Assembly (NCBI RefSeq): GCF_001194135.2
Contig: NC_068983.1
Span: forward strand, 59,170,818 to 59,209,947
Length of the DNA: 39,130 nt
Source of the DNA: Octopus bimaculoides
Lineage: Eukaryota
Direction of reading: 5' to 3'
Shown: piece by piece, positions 22,830 through 35,314 of the stretch
Numbering within the stretch: the stretch's first letter is position 1
How the letters are laid out: the number at the start of each line of letters is the position of its first letter
The notes under the pieces: generated by a model
Database searches by the model: none
Seen by the model: the letters and a program-made list of their open reading frames with translations, nothing else
Told to the model about the DNA's origin: nothing
Made by a program: the position numbers and the translations under genes

Positions 22830-23575
22830 TACTGTAAGGGAAGGACATGGTGAGACAGGTCTGGACATGGTGAAACAGTCCTTCAAGTTCCTCGAGTTTT
22901 CAGAGCTTGGTCACATTGGCAGTGTGTGCAGTAACACTGCCATGCTGAAGGAGAGCTTATCTTCGATTGACAATTAGATGGAGGTTAAGGTTAGAGGGAA
23001 GAGGATTGGGTAGAGCAGGTTCTCATTATAAAGGAGCTTCATGGCTATTCAGAGAATTCAGGGCGTCCCCAAGAGTGGTGATGAGGTGTCCGGGTGGCAC
23101 CTCAGGTAGCATGAGTACTAGTGGATGGTGAGAGTGGGGTGTTTGCAAGCATGGATGAGGGAAGAGATGGAAAAAGTGGAAGAGGGAGGTAAATAACATC
23201 TGTGAAGATTGGAGAAGAGTTGAAGGGAATGGAGGTGGGGCTAGAGGGATACTAGCATAAGAGGAGGAAAGTCACTGTTGAGAGCGAGGGAGGAGAGAGA
23301 CAACATGTTTGGGTAGTCTGCAAGAATGGAGGATGGGGATAAAACAGGCTTAAGACACATGGAGAGACAATTTGGTGATCCAGGGAGGTGGGCATGGCCA
23401 CTGTAACATGTAGGCATAGAGAACAAAATTAACAGATGAAGAATGGTTAACCAAGTGATGCGGTTCTGAGTATAAAGAGAAGAAAGTGGTATCAGGATGT
23501 AGGGAAGAAGGAGAGCTGAGGGAGAGGATATGATGTGGAGGGAAGGGTGACTTGAAGGGGGCGATTGTCTAGGTT
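22830..23575. repeat. Purine-rich interspersed-repeat relic, class unclear (possibly antisense LINE)
   Basis: Strong G/A strand bias; 22845-22975 has a roughly 70% identical partner at 24965-25095. Confidence 0.5.
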
Positions 23576-24134
23576 GCTCACATTAAACATATATATATAT
23601 ACACACACACATACAGATTATATATTATATATATGTGTACATATATAAACACATATGCACACACAAAGTATATTTTATGTATACATAATACATGCATATA
23701 TATAATGCCTGCTATACGAAACACATAAAAAACCATGTTTACCATGATAGGAAATTTCCAACATAAATCTACATTTTCACAAGACATGTTCAACACTGTT
23801 GAACACATATTTACTTCAGGTTAACATTTACTAGAAAAGAAAAACAAGAAGAAACAAATCAATAACGGTTTAGTGCATGTGTATCAAAGATGCTTAACAT
23901 TTACTTAATCTTCGAGAGGTCCTGGAACTATTCAGTTGCAAACTTTATGCAGGAAGAATTTTGTCTCAAATAGTGACATATCCTAGTGACACATTATAAT
24001 ATGCAACCACACACAAGTTATATCTATTCTTTTATTTGTTTCAGTCATTTGACTGCAGCCATGCTGGAGCACCACCTTTAATCTTTTAAAGTTCATGAGT
24101 GATTCAATGTGAACACAGGTTGTTGTATGTATAA

Positions 24135-24275
24135 ATATAGCTGTGTGGTAAAGAAGTTAGCTTCACAACAATGTGGTCTTCAGTTCAGTCTCAGAGTATG
24201 GCACCTTCTGCCACAGCTCCAGTCTGGTCAAATGATTTGTGAATAGATTTGGCACACAGAAAGTGAAAGAAATTT
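24135..24275 (+). mobile_element. Degenerate SINE family A leading into the compound microsatellite
   Basis: agctgtgtggtaaagaagttagcttc...cagttcagtc...ggcacctt...acagaaagtgaaagaaa. Confidence 0.65.
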
Positions 24276-24282
24276 ATTGTGT

Positions 24283-24325
<43 letters not shown>

Positions 24326-24705
24326 TGCATGTTTGTATATGTGTGTGTGTGTGTGTGTGTGCATGTCTGTATGCGTATGTGTGCAAGTGTGTGTGTGTGT
24401 ATATGTGTGTGTGAGAGAGTGTGTGTGAGAGAGTGAGAGAGAATGTGTGTGTGGGAAAGAGAGAATGTGTGTGTGTGAGAGAGAGAGTGTGTGTACATAT
24501 GAGAGAGAGAATGTGTGTGTATGTGTGTATATGTATGTGTGTGTCTGTGAGAGAGTGAGAGAGAATGTGTGTGTGGGAAAGAGAGAATGTGTGTGTGTGA
24601 GAGCGAGAGTGTGTGTACATATGAGAGAGAGAATGTGTGTGTATGTGTGTATATGTATGTGTGTGTCTGTGAGAGAGAGAGAGAGAATGTGTGTGTACAC
24701 ACACC
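24276..24705. repeat. Compound (TG)n/(GA)n tract with a 122-bp higher-order duplication
   Basis: The landmark gtgggaaagagag occurs at 24451 and 24573. Confidence 0.92.
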
Positions 24706-24939
24706 AGGTTGACACCAAAGTTCTATGTATTTCAAGCTTTAATTAACGATTCAAACAAATTATATACACAAAGTGTCTATTCATCAAAACATATCCTATC
24801 CTATTCTAGTGTCCGTTGCCATTGTTGTTCTAGCAGCCCAGCTGCACCCCTATCCCATTTGGCTGGTTTAGAGACAAAAAACTCCCTGCACCCATTTTCA
24901 ACTTCATCCACATTGTTGAACCCCTTCCTGAGCAGAAAA

Positions 24940-25095
24940 TGAGCCATGGTTTGGAAAAGATGGTAATCAGATGGTGTAAGGTCTGGACATGGTAAGGCAG
25001 CACTTCCAGCTCCTCAAGTTGTTAGTCATGGTCAGATTGGCAGTGTGTGCCATGGCATGGTCAAGCTGAAGGAGTGCATATGTTCAATTGACCAA
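24940..25095. repeat. Second copy of the 22845-22975 repeat segment
   Basis: ggtctggacatggt...ttggcagtgtgtgc...gctgaaggag.gc.tat.ttc.attgac is shared. Confidence 0.6.
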
Positions 25096-25129
25096 TACCA
25101 GGTACCAGGCTTTCAAAGTATCATAGACT

Positions 25130-25290
25130 CACTGCAGTTGTTAAGCATAAGGGTTAGCATTAAAACCATGCCAAATCAGACTGTAGTCTGGTGCAGTGCA
25201 GCCTTGGAGCGTGCCAGCTCAGTCAGACTGTCTAACCCATGCCAGCATGGACAACGGACGTTAAATGATGATGAAGATGACGATGTTTCA
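25130..25290 (+). mobile_element. RTE-type 3' UTR fragment
   Basis: aaaaccatgccaaatcagac...gtctaacccatgccagcatgg...ggacgttaaatgatgatga. Confidence 0.75.
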
Positions 25291-25302
25291 CAGCATGATA
25301 TC

Positions 25303-25890
25303 TAGGACAAGCTGAAAATGCAACAACCCTTCAAAATTCTACCAAATACACAAAATGACTTTCTGTTGAAACCATCCTTGTTTGACCACAGGATCTGAAA
25401 CCTGGCTGCAATGAATCCACTGACCTCCCTTATTAGGATTATGAAAATAGATCTATTTTTTAAATCCCCAGTTCCAATGGGATTTACTAGCAGTTGCTTG
25501 CAAATGTTCACAGGTCACTGAGCCTGGACAATGGTCAGTTCATGAGGAACTTCAACAGCATCTGTTCAGAAGGCCAAGCTTATGAAAGTGTCAATAGATG
25601 GGACTTTGTGAAGGACCAAGTTCTGCCAACAATGTATAGGTGTTTGTACTTTGACTGTAGTTTAGCCATTTCAAGCAAGGCCTCATCTTCCTTGGCCATA
25701 GTTGTTTGTCTTCGAGGATGGTGTCACCTTCCCTGAAATGTCTGAGCCTGTTTTGTGCCACACATTCTTTGATAGTTCCAGGGCCTTCCCCATCATTAAT
25801 TTCTTTTGCTGCTACCTTTTTACTCAGCTCTTTCTTCCACAAGTGACATAATCTTTTTTAAAACTCCAAGGGCATTATCAACTTTGCTTT
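25303..25890 (-). mobile_element. Second mariner transposase relic (N-terminal half), heavily decayed
   Basis: Minus strand AAKEINDGEGPGTIKECVAQNRLRHFREGDTILEDK (HTH), EVPHELT, GTGD, CIW*NFEGLLHFQLV. Many stops and frameshifts; differs in sequence from the 3301-4185 element. Confidence 0.85.
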
Positions 25891-26150
25891 CTTCTTTTTT
25901 TTTTTTTTTTAGAAAAGTAAAAATTATTTTCTTTTCTGTATTTGTGTGTTATTTATATATTTCTTTTTATTGGCTGAAATTACAAAGTGGCTTAAGTGCT
26001 AGATGTAAAACTCTCATCCCTTGAGTCACTTTGTAAATTTTGATGACTGAAAAAAAAAAAATGAAAGAAATACATTTACTCTTCTTTTGAATTCTTTCTA
26101 CCTTGTTTTTACCACCAGGGTAGTGTGATGTATGTATATGTAAATACAGA

Positions 26151-26515
26151 CCCCCATCATCTCCAAGAGGCTCATTATCTTGAGTTCAGTCTTTGCCATT
26201 TCACCCCATGTCTCCCTAAGTCTTCTTCCACAGGCTCTTTCCATGTTTTGTAATCAGCACTTCTTTATACAACCATCCTCACCAATCCACATCCCATGAC
26301 CATACTGGTGCAATCTTCTCTCCTGCACACAGCTTCTGATATCTCATGCATCATGCCCAATTGTTCTCTCAACACATTTGTACTTTCTTCTATATGCACA
26401 CTGACATTGTGCATCCATTGGAGCATACTAGTTTCCTTTCTTTTTAGTCTTCTCATGTCCTCTGCTTTCCCAGCCCAAGTATTTCCATCATGTGGCATTG
26501 CTGTTTGACACAGGC
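26151..26515 (-). mobile_element. RTE-type LINE ORF2 C-terminal fragment
   Basis: HDGNTWAGKAEDMRRLKRKETSMLQWMHNVSV...VLREQLG, then LHQYGHGM and GRRLRETWGEMAKTELK, matching the RTE pattern HGSETW..LR..L.WYGHV..GRPRKTW. Confidence 0.85.
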
Positions 26516-26550
26516 ATCATACAATCTGCCTTTCACTGTTGTTACCAACA

Positions 26551-26842
26551 GAGGTGCAATGACCCAGTGGTTAGGGCAGCAGACTCGCGGTCGGAGAATC
26601 ACAGTTTTGATTCCCAGACTCGGCGTTGTGTGTGTTTATGGAGCGAAAACACCTAAAAGCTCTACGAGGCACCAGCAGGGGGTGGTGGTGACCCCTGTTG
26701 TACACTTTCGCCCCCAACTTTCTCTCACTCCTTCTTTCTGTTTCTTGAGTAAAAGTTGCGATGGACTGGGGGGGGGGCACATATGCCATAGAAACCGGGA
26801 AACCGGGCCCATGAGCCTGGTTAGGCTTTAAAAAGGGCGCAT
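26551..26842 (+). mobile_element. tRNA-headed SINE, head D with tail T2, CpG-rich
   Basis: gaggtgcaatgacccagtggttagggcagcagactcgcggtcgg...gattcccagactcggcgttgtg; the head is shared with 33015-33391. Confidence 0.85.
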
Positions 26843-28214
26843 AATAAATAACCAACAGAGACAAAAGTTCTCTGAACTTTTTCGATCCAGTTCTTAATAT
26901 AGCAACTATACTTCCAGAGCATCCTCTACTACTGCTAATTAAGTTGCCGAGATAACATAAACTATCTACTACTTCTCAAGATTCTCTTGGGCTTTTCAGA
27001 ATATCTATTTCTCATGTACTCTTATCTATTGCTTCTATGCATCTGCCACAAACATAATCTACTTTTTCTGTTAAAACACACACACACACACAAACACACG
27101 AGTGTATCCTAGATTTTAGAATAAGTGCACCATATCCCTGCATATTAAAAGAGGAAGCTAAAAGGGTTGGTGTCAGAAAAGGCATCTGGCTAAAAAACAC
27201 TACCTGAAGCATAGAAAAGATGGCAATGATGGGGATAATGCGGATGATGATGGTGTGTGTGTACATAAATTAGTATATAGCAATATGAGTCTATATACTA
27301 TATAGGTGTATAGAATTGCAAGTTTGTGTATTTTGTATGCGTTTTTACTAAGATGAAATTGTTAATATTGACCAACTAATGAATCAAAATAGTACCATAT
27401 ATTGGCAGATTGCCAATGGACATTGTACCTCCAGAAGATAGATGGTCTTATTGGTAACATGAGAAGTTCAAATGCTATCATTGTGATCGAATTTCTGTAT
27501 TTCTCAAGTGAAGAATCATTGCTATTAAACATGGATTTCTTCAGACAGTTGTCTTCGTACGTCTTCTTTATCAAACAAGATTTTGATTAATATCTTAGCA
27601 CACTTCAACAACAAATCAATGCTTTAATCTTGATTTCAACTTCATCTTTGAGGTTTCTGGAAAGACTTTCCAAAAAAGCTATAAGAATGGTTAAAACCAT
27701 GTCTTCCAATAGCCCTGGGCAACTCAAAGTCTTGCGAGAGGACTTGGTAGATGTAAATTGAAAATAGATGTGTGTGTGTGTGTACATGTGTGCATGTGTA
27801 CATGCATGTGTATGTGTGTGTACATTCTAGTCTGTATTTCCCTTACTTCTGCTAGTTTGTAAGCAGTGGTTTTCTGACAAAGTCATTCACTTGCAGCCCA
27901 CCACAAAAGCATACCCAACCTTCTTGACATGTTTCACAATATTTGTAAAGAAAAGGCTCATGCAGTGTCATTTGCTTCCAGCTGTGTATGTGTTTGTGTT
28001 TCCTTGCTTTGATATCACATGATAGCTGTAAACAAGCATCAGTGTCACACAAACATAATGTTGCCTGGAAACAAGAGGTGAGAGTTGATGAAAGAAAAGG
28101 AATCCAGCTTTAGAAAATCTCTCAAAATGAACTGCATCTAACTCATGCAAGCATGGAAAGTGTCGACATTAAAATAAGGATGAAGAAAAGCATGATGATA
28201 CAACACACACACAA

Positions 28215-28590
28215 ACATGCATGCACGCGCATGATTAAGTTTGCTCCCCAAACATAATGTTCTGGGTTCAGTCCCACTGCGTGGCACCTTGGGCAAGAGT
28301 CTTGTACTACAGCCTTGGGTCAATAAAAGCCTTGTGAATGGATTTGGTAGATGGAAACTGTAAAAAACCTGGCATGTGTATGAGTGTTTGTCCCTCATCA
28401 CCGCTTGACAACCGGTGTTGGTGTGTTTATGTCCCCATAACTTGACAGTTCAGCAAATGAAAAAAAAAGACAGATAAAATAATTACCAGAGACTTTCAAA
28501 GAATAAGTCAATTAGTTCAACTAAAATTCAAGGTGGTGCTCCAGCATGGACAGAGTCTAATGACTGAAACAAGTAAAAGATAAAAGGTAA
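28215..28590 (+). mobile_element. SINE family A, near full length
   Basis: ttctgggttcagtcccactgcgtggcaccttgggcaag...gcttgacaaccggtgttgg...gtgctccagcatgg...tgactgaaacaagtaaaag. Confidence 0.88.
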
Positions 28591-30352
28591 TATATTATAG
28601 ATATTGTATATATAAACATTTATAATATAATTTCAACATTATAATAAAATTTATATATAAATTGTAGGTGTAATACAGCTGAATGGTGAAGAAATTTGCT
28701 TTGTGACCATAAAATTGTGAGTGTTATTCCACTGCATGGCATCTTGAGGTAAATGTCATTTTGCAACAGCCTTGGGTTAACCCATACCGTATGAATGAAA
28801 TCAAGTAAACGGAAGCAATATAAAGCCTATTGGGTGAATTGCACAAGTAATTCAAATGTCAAAGCTTTGTCAGACACATTTCAAAAGAGTAAAATGAATT
28901 TACAGCACAAACTAATATCAGAATCCAACATTAAAAACTTATAAATATATAGACAATCGAACCTACAAGTACATAGTGCTTATTCAATCAGATAACCTTA
29001 GAAACAAACTTACCAAGATCAAGAATTTCTTCCTCAGCTACCTCACAGGTATCAATGCAGGATCACTACTTCCTTTAATGTCAAACAACCTCAGAAACAT
29101 ATAATCTAATGTTGCCTGAGAATATACAAACCTAATAGTTTGCACCCAGATCATAATTACAAACTCAACCACCAATAACCTGATTACATTCTAACACAAA
29201 ATTCAATTAGATGGAACAGATATAAACCCTATATGTGTGTGTGTGTGTGTGCATAGGTAGATAAGCAGATAGGTACACATCTATATGCTTGTATGCTTGC
29301 ATAAATACATACATACATGTATGCATGCTTAAATGTAATATACAATGTCAGCCACAGAAAGGACTGCCCTGGGTAAATATAAACAACGCTTCTGCTATTG
29401 AATAAATAATTATATATCAATGCAATGAATGTTGGTGGAACATCTTCAAGAAAATTCATACCAAATGCAGACAAATTACACCTAATTTTGTTATTTTGGA
29501 GAGAAAAATGAAAAAAAAAAAAAGTTGTGTATAGTCATAGAGGTCACCTACCTAACTGGTGTGAAAATCTCTTTGAAAATGAGCAAAAAGGAGAATATGT
29601 ATAGATGCATGCTTTAAAACCTACACTTCCTCTACTACCCTAATGATAAAGTCACATTTATACTAATGATTGGTCTACTTGATTCTGTTAGTAAATGTTT
29701 AGGATTTTGGGGCAAAGAAAGAGACTTGCTAACACACAATTTACCGATAAAAATCAGCAAGTGGAACAGTAAAAGTAGATATGACTTTTCTAAAGCTTAA
29801 CATGCAACACTTTGTTGTTATCCAAATTCCAGCAATGGTGCATTGTGTCTTGGTTAGAAACCGATTCATTCCTTCTAGGGAGAAATCTGATAAATAAAAA
29901 AAATTAAAAATACATAATACAATTGTGTATGTATGTTTGTATATGTATATATAATGCATAGAACTCTGTTTTAACTCTTTCAACCTTATTGCATCTTATA
30001 GCATTATGTGCTATCATCTTCAGGGACTGATATATAATGAAAAAGTGTCAGAATATATATTCTAGCTTGAAGAAATCTATATGATTATAAATGAAATCAA
30101 TGGTATTAATACAAACCACAACAAATATGTATTGAAAGAATGGCATGAATAAATGAATAGATAAATAACAACAGCTGAATTTAAATAGTTCCGCACATCT
30201 GCAGTGTGAATTCCTTTCACAAAAGAGAAAAATCAGTTGCTGATTCTCCCCTCACCTCCTCACACATACAAAGCATATAAGCATATTTATATGTACATAC
30301 ATACAGACACATATATATCTGTGTGTCTATCTATACATGTATATATATATAT

Positions 30353-30388
<36 letters not shown>

Positions 30389-30561
30389 CACACACACACA
30401 CATACACACACATATATAAANNNNNNNNNNNNNNNNNNNNNNNNNNNNNNNNNNNNNNNNNNNNNNNNNNNNNNNNNNNNNNNNNNNNNNNNNNNNNNNN
30501 NNNNNNNNNNNNNNNNNNNNNNNNNNNNNNNNNNNNNNNNTATATATATATATATATATAT

Positions 30562-30628
<67 letters not shown>

Positions 30629-30742
30629 CACACATAGACAGATAGACACATATACATACACACACATGTATATCTGGGGAAAAGTATTCAATACTTGTAG
30701 TAAAATTTATTTAGATATCTAAAACCAACTTTTTGTCACTAA

Positions 30743-31155
30743 GGCTTAAAATCTAAGGGCCTTAGAGTTAATTTAACAAAAACCAAGTCCTAGTAAGTAG
30801 GATAAAACAGACAAACCACAAGTCCTTTTGGGGAGATGGCCCCACTTGAAACATAAGAAGGGCATTGGAAGAAACTCCATATATTGTACCCAATGAAAGC
30901 TTTGGACACATGAGAGGTGCAACAGTATCACAGGAAGGTTAACAGAGAAAATAGTCTTTGTGTGTGGCAAATGTGCAGGTACAATAAGCACTAAAAGCAC
31001 ACAGACAACAGACTCCCTCAAATGCTCGGGGTGGGGAGATCATTAGAAGTAATAGATAGCTTCTATTACCTAGGAGATCAAGTTAGCAGTAGTGAAGAAA
31101 GTTTTGAAAATGTAGTTGCTAGAATAAGAACAGGCTGGGCAAAGTTCAGAGAGAT
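30743..31155 (+). mobile_element. RTE-type LINE ORF2 fragment: end of RT, Cys/His-rich insert, post-RT motif
   Basis: GLKSKGLRVNLTKTK; GRWP..KKGIGRNSIYCTQ*KLWTHERCNSITGRL...FVCGKC; SLEVIDSFYYLGDQVS...ARIRTGWAKFREIL. Confidence 0.88.
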
Positions 31156-33014
31156 TCTACTTTTATATGATGCTCTGATAGTGCTACAAACTGACCACTC
31201 TATTAGTACTGTTTTTATTGATACTTTGAGGATGAACAGCAAATTTTGATTTTAACAGGATTTAAACTCAGAGAGCAGTGAATTGGAACAAGTACAGCAA
31301 ACCATTCTCCCCAGTGTCAGTGTTCTAAAATCTCTACTAATCTGCTGCATATATATCTACCAGTTTGGTGCACACATACACATAGATAAAGATACATATA
31401 TACATGTGCATGATGCAGACACACATTCATTGCTATCTGTGTGTGTGGGTGAGTGTGTGTGTGGAGGGGGTGAGTGAGAGAGTTGGTGTGTGTGTGTATG
31501 CATTTTGTCGTAGTTTTAACATCCATACCATAGTTTCCCACTGATATGCTGGTATTTTCTGTCAGATTCACTATTCTTTAGGGAACTTTTGTAACAATAG
31601 AGAAAGCCAAAAACGTATGTAATTTGTTATACTTGGGCATAGTCATGATTTCTCTTCATGAATCTTGCAAAACATAGCATATAATTTGGTTAACTGAAAA
31701 TTCATTTAAGAATAGTCTATACCAACACACAAACTCTTATGCACATTCTCAGTTAACAAAAAATTGCTCTCCAACAACATCTGTCGGTGCATTGTACAAA
31801 TAGAATGACAGTTAGTGAGCACATACACAATGCTCTATGAAACGCCTATGAGTTAATTTTGAGTAAAAATTAAAAACAGAATGTTTTAAACTGTACTTTT
31901 CATTTATCCTAATTCAATAAAATAAATTCTATCCATTCTATTAGGTTGTTTGAGTCAAATACATCACCATTACTACATATTTGTGTGTTAATATGTAAAA
32001 GATTGTTGAATTTTTAATCCATTTTTGTTAAAAACATCTCTTAGACATATGAAAAGATATTTTTAAGGAAGAGAAAAGTGTAATTTATAAAATCAAACAG
32101 ATATTATTATTGAAGCAGATGTAAAACAAAATATGATTTATAGAAACAACACATGAATTATCATTATTATTATTATTAACAATATTTTCTCCAAAGCACT
32201 GAAACCATTCCAGCAGAACATTTTACTTACTGGAGGGGATAGGATGTTGGACATTTAATTCATTTATCTGAATCTAATTTGCTGTATAGTTCATTCATTA
32301 TGTACAACAATATACATTAGTTCTTCCAAGTATAAGAAAGGAGATATTTTTAAAGTCTTGGATTATTATTCTAGAAACAAACAAGCAAACCAACCATTCT
32401 TCAGATTCAACATAATATTTTAATTTAGATATGACTGATAATTATATAAAATTACTCTGTGAGTATTTATTTTATCTGTGTTACTTCAGTACTTATATCT
32501 ACAGAGGTAGAATGGAAGGGAAGATGGAGGGCTGGATGCTCTAAATTCCTTCCGCTATTTAGTTTCCTCCCTGTATATTCTCAATTCAAATCTCACTTGA
32601 GATTTATTCTTTTTTATTTATTAGTATTTTGATAATGTAATTTATGAGCAATAGTTTCCTTGGTTATATTGTTCTAATGGACCAATCAGTGATACACAGT
32701 ATTTCTGATTGTGAAATTAACTAGGAATTGTCTAACCTGATGGATGAAACCTCTTTCGTGAACCACTGATTTTTCTCTGTTTTTTTGCTATTGTTTCTGT
32801 CCCCATTCAATATATAAATCACACACACAAATGCAAGCACATAGGAGCAAAACAAGGTGGAGAAAACAGCACTCAAATGCTAAATTAACCACTCGTGGCT
32901 GTCTGATGATCAGTAATGTGAAACTCTGAGTAACAGTATGTGAGAGTGTTTTAGCTTCAACAAACTCTCTCTCTCTCTCGTGTTATATCTCTATCTATTG
33001 ATATATTATACATT

Positions 33015-33391
33015 TGGCACTCTGTTACTTATGACGACGAGAGTTCCGGTTGATCCGATCAACGAAACAGCCTACTCGTGAAATTAACGTGCAAGTGGCT
33101 GAGCACTCCACAGACACGTGTACCCTTAATGTAGTTCTCGGGGATATTCAGCATGACACAGAGTGTGACAAGGCTGACCCTTTGAAATACAGGCACAACA
33201 GAAACAGGAAGTAAGAGTGAGAGAAAGTTGTAGTGAGAGTACAGCAGGGTTCGCCACCATCCCCTGCCAGAGCCTCGTGGAGCCTAAGGTGTTTTCGCTC
33301 AATAAACACTCACAACACCCGGTCTGGGAATCGAAACCGCGATCCTATAACCGCGAGTCCACTGCCCTAACCACTGGGCCATTGCGCCTCC
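33015..33391 (-). mobile_element. tRNA-headed SINE, head D with tail T1, well preserved
   Basis: Minus strand GGAGGCGCAATGGCCCAGTGGTTAGGGC (A-box) and GGTTTCGATTCCC (B-box). The 3' part (33015-33195) matches tail T1 at 2812-3000. Confidence 0.9.
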
Positions 33392-33981
33392 ACATATTAT
33401 ACATACATCCATATATACATACATATATAAATGTATGTATATAAAAGGCTAAGTGGTTTAACACTAGTAAAGTTATATTAAAAAGCAAGAAGAAAATGCT
33501 CTGAGAACTTTATCATAGATAAAAGTAAGAAAGTATTTATAAAAAAAAATCACAAGATGCTGGTGTTTTACTTCCTTCTGTCACTGAGTCTTGGTGGTTA
33601 CTGGCAGCAGGTATGGTTATCAGTTTAAGCAGAAATGTCAATGGCTTTAGCAGTTTGTACAGTGAAACTGAACCCAAAATTTCTCATTGCAAAGTGGATT
33701 GTTTATCCACACAACTATGCTTGCATCCATCTTTCTTTCATGGAAGTTGACAGTAATGGATTATAAACCATATTAACTTGGTCTTTCATCCCTTCAGGGA
33801 TAATAGAATAATTCCAGCCATGTTTTTAGATTGATTAAATCAACTCCATCAACTACATTACAAATTTCTAGCTTTTTACTAATGTCTAAAAGATTAATGC
33901 TTTTTTTTTTTTTCTGGGATTCTAAACACATTTATTTCCAAACTTCTGTGTTGATAGGAACTGGACAGTAATTTGGTAACT

Positions 33982-34363
33982 TTAACTCTTCTGACACCAA
34001 CCTGCCTAAGATGACCGCTGGCTCTAAGATACAACCTTCATAGTTCAAGTGGATCTCTAACTTGCCATCAAAATTCATGTTAATTTATGCAGACACCAAC
34101 CTAATAATAACAAAGTTATTTTTATTAAATTCCTCATTAGTTTTTAAAATTAATTAAAACAATGGTAGCATATTTGTTCTATGATACAAACTTTCTGTTT
34201 TAAAGTTATCTAATTTAAAACCTTTCATCAAAATTTATGTTAATTTATGTACCATACACCAGTTGAAATGACAAAGTTATTTTACTAAATTTTTCATTAT
34301 TTTCAACATAAATATAAACAAAGGCAGTGTATTTCCCTGGACATTCGGTAACAAAAGTGTTAA
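33982..34363. mobile_element. TTAA-flanked non-autonomous element (piggyBac-like MITE) with ~155-bp internal duplication
   Basis: TTAA at 33982-33985 and 34360-34363. Ends CTCTTCTGACACC versus CACTTTTGTTACC (reverse complement) match at 9 of 13 positions. Internal units start at 34021 and 34176. Confidence 0.65.
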
Positions 34364-35314
34364 TCTGTATATAAATTATAGGAACAAGTAGATAGTTTTT
34401 CACAAATCTTTGTTCTTGCTTTCATTAACTGTTCAACAGTGATATGATAATGGAATGTATTTCCAGCTTGACAAGCACAGACAAGCACCAATTTAATGTG
34501 GCCAGATTAAGAGCATAATGCAATAAATGGGATGATGATTGATAGGTCCTGTGTTGAATGCAATGTGTCTTTGCTTAAGGATTAAGCATAATACTTGTGT
34601 CAGATCTCAGGTTTAATCTAACTACCAAGTTTTGAATGCATTGTTTTAGGCAAGACCAATTACCATACTAGCTTTCAGTTAATCTAAAAGATTCTCTTCT
34701 TTTATAGTTGAATGGATAATTCTAGCAAGAGCTTCCAGATCTGAAACTTTCCAATATTTCATATAAATATCTAACTTTGCAGAATGATATTACAGTTCTT
34801 ATCTCAGAGTAATAGATCAAGAAATGTAAACTAAACAGAAAGCCTTATTAATTTGGCAACATAATCTCACACTACAATGGGGGAAAAGAAAGAAATATTT
34901 TCTATTCTTTCATTTCTTTTATGGTTAGCTTATTCTAAAAACAAACAGTCACTGATAAAAGTGATTCTCTGACCATATAAAAGACTCTGCTCATATCAAA
35001 AGCAGATCAAATTAATTTCTCCAGATCAATCAGCTTTACAACATACATTCAATTATTAAAATTTTACCGATTTATACTTTCTTTTCTTTTATGCAGCCAT
35101 GGATTCAGGATTTCAAAATAAAATAAAATAATAAAAAATATATGCTGCATCATAACAAAAACCAAAATCTTCACATACTGTGTATTTTCAAAACATTCTC
35201 ATTGTGGAATAGCCAAGTAGCAAGATTTCTTTTCTCTTTATACACAAATTTTCTGACCTGTTTTTTTATCCAAATATTCCTCTTGATGACATTGATCAGT
35301 TTTTTGGTGCCTAG

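Noticed and set aside
24191-24746. His/Thr-rich and Cys/Val-rich ORFs up to 175 aa
   Set aside because: Translations of (CA)/(TG) repeats, not metal-binding proteins.
27460-27500. HEKFKCYHCDR as a C2H2 zinc-finger start
   Set aside because: No downstream F/L/His pair and stops on both sides.
33310-33391. tRNA-like sequence with A and B boxes (also 26551-26620, 15319-15385, 19090-19175)
   Set aside because: These continue into SINE bodies and lack a proper acceptor stem and anticodon arm; they are SINE heads, not tRNA genes.
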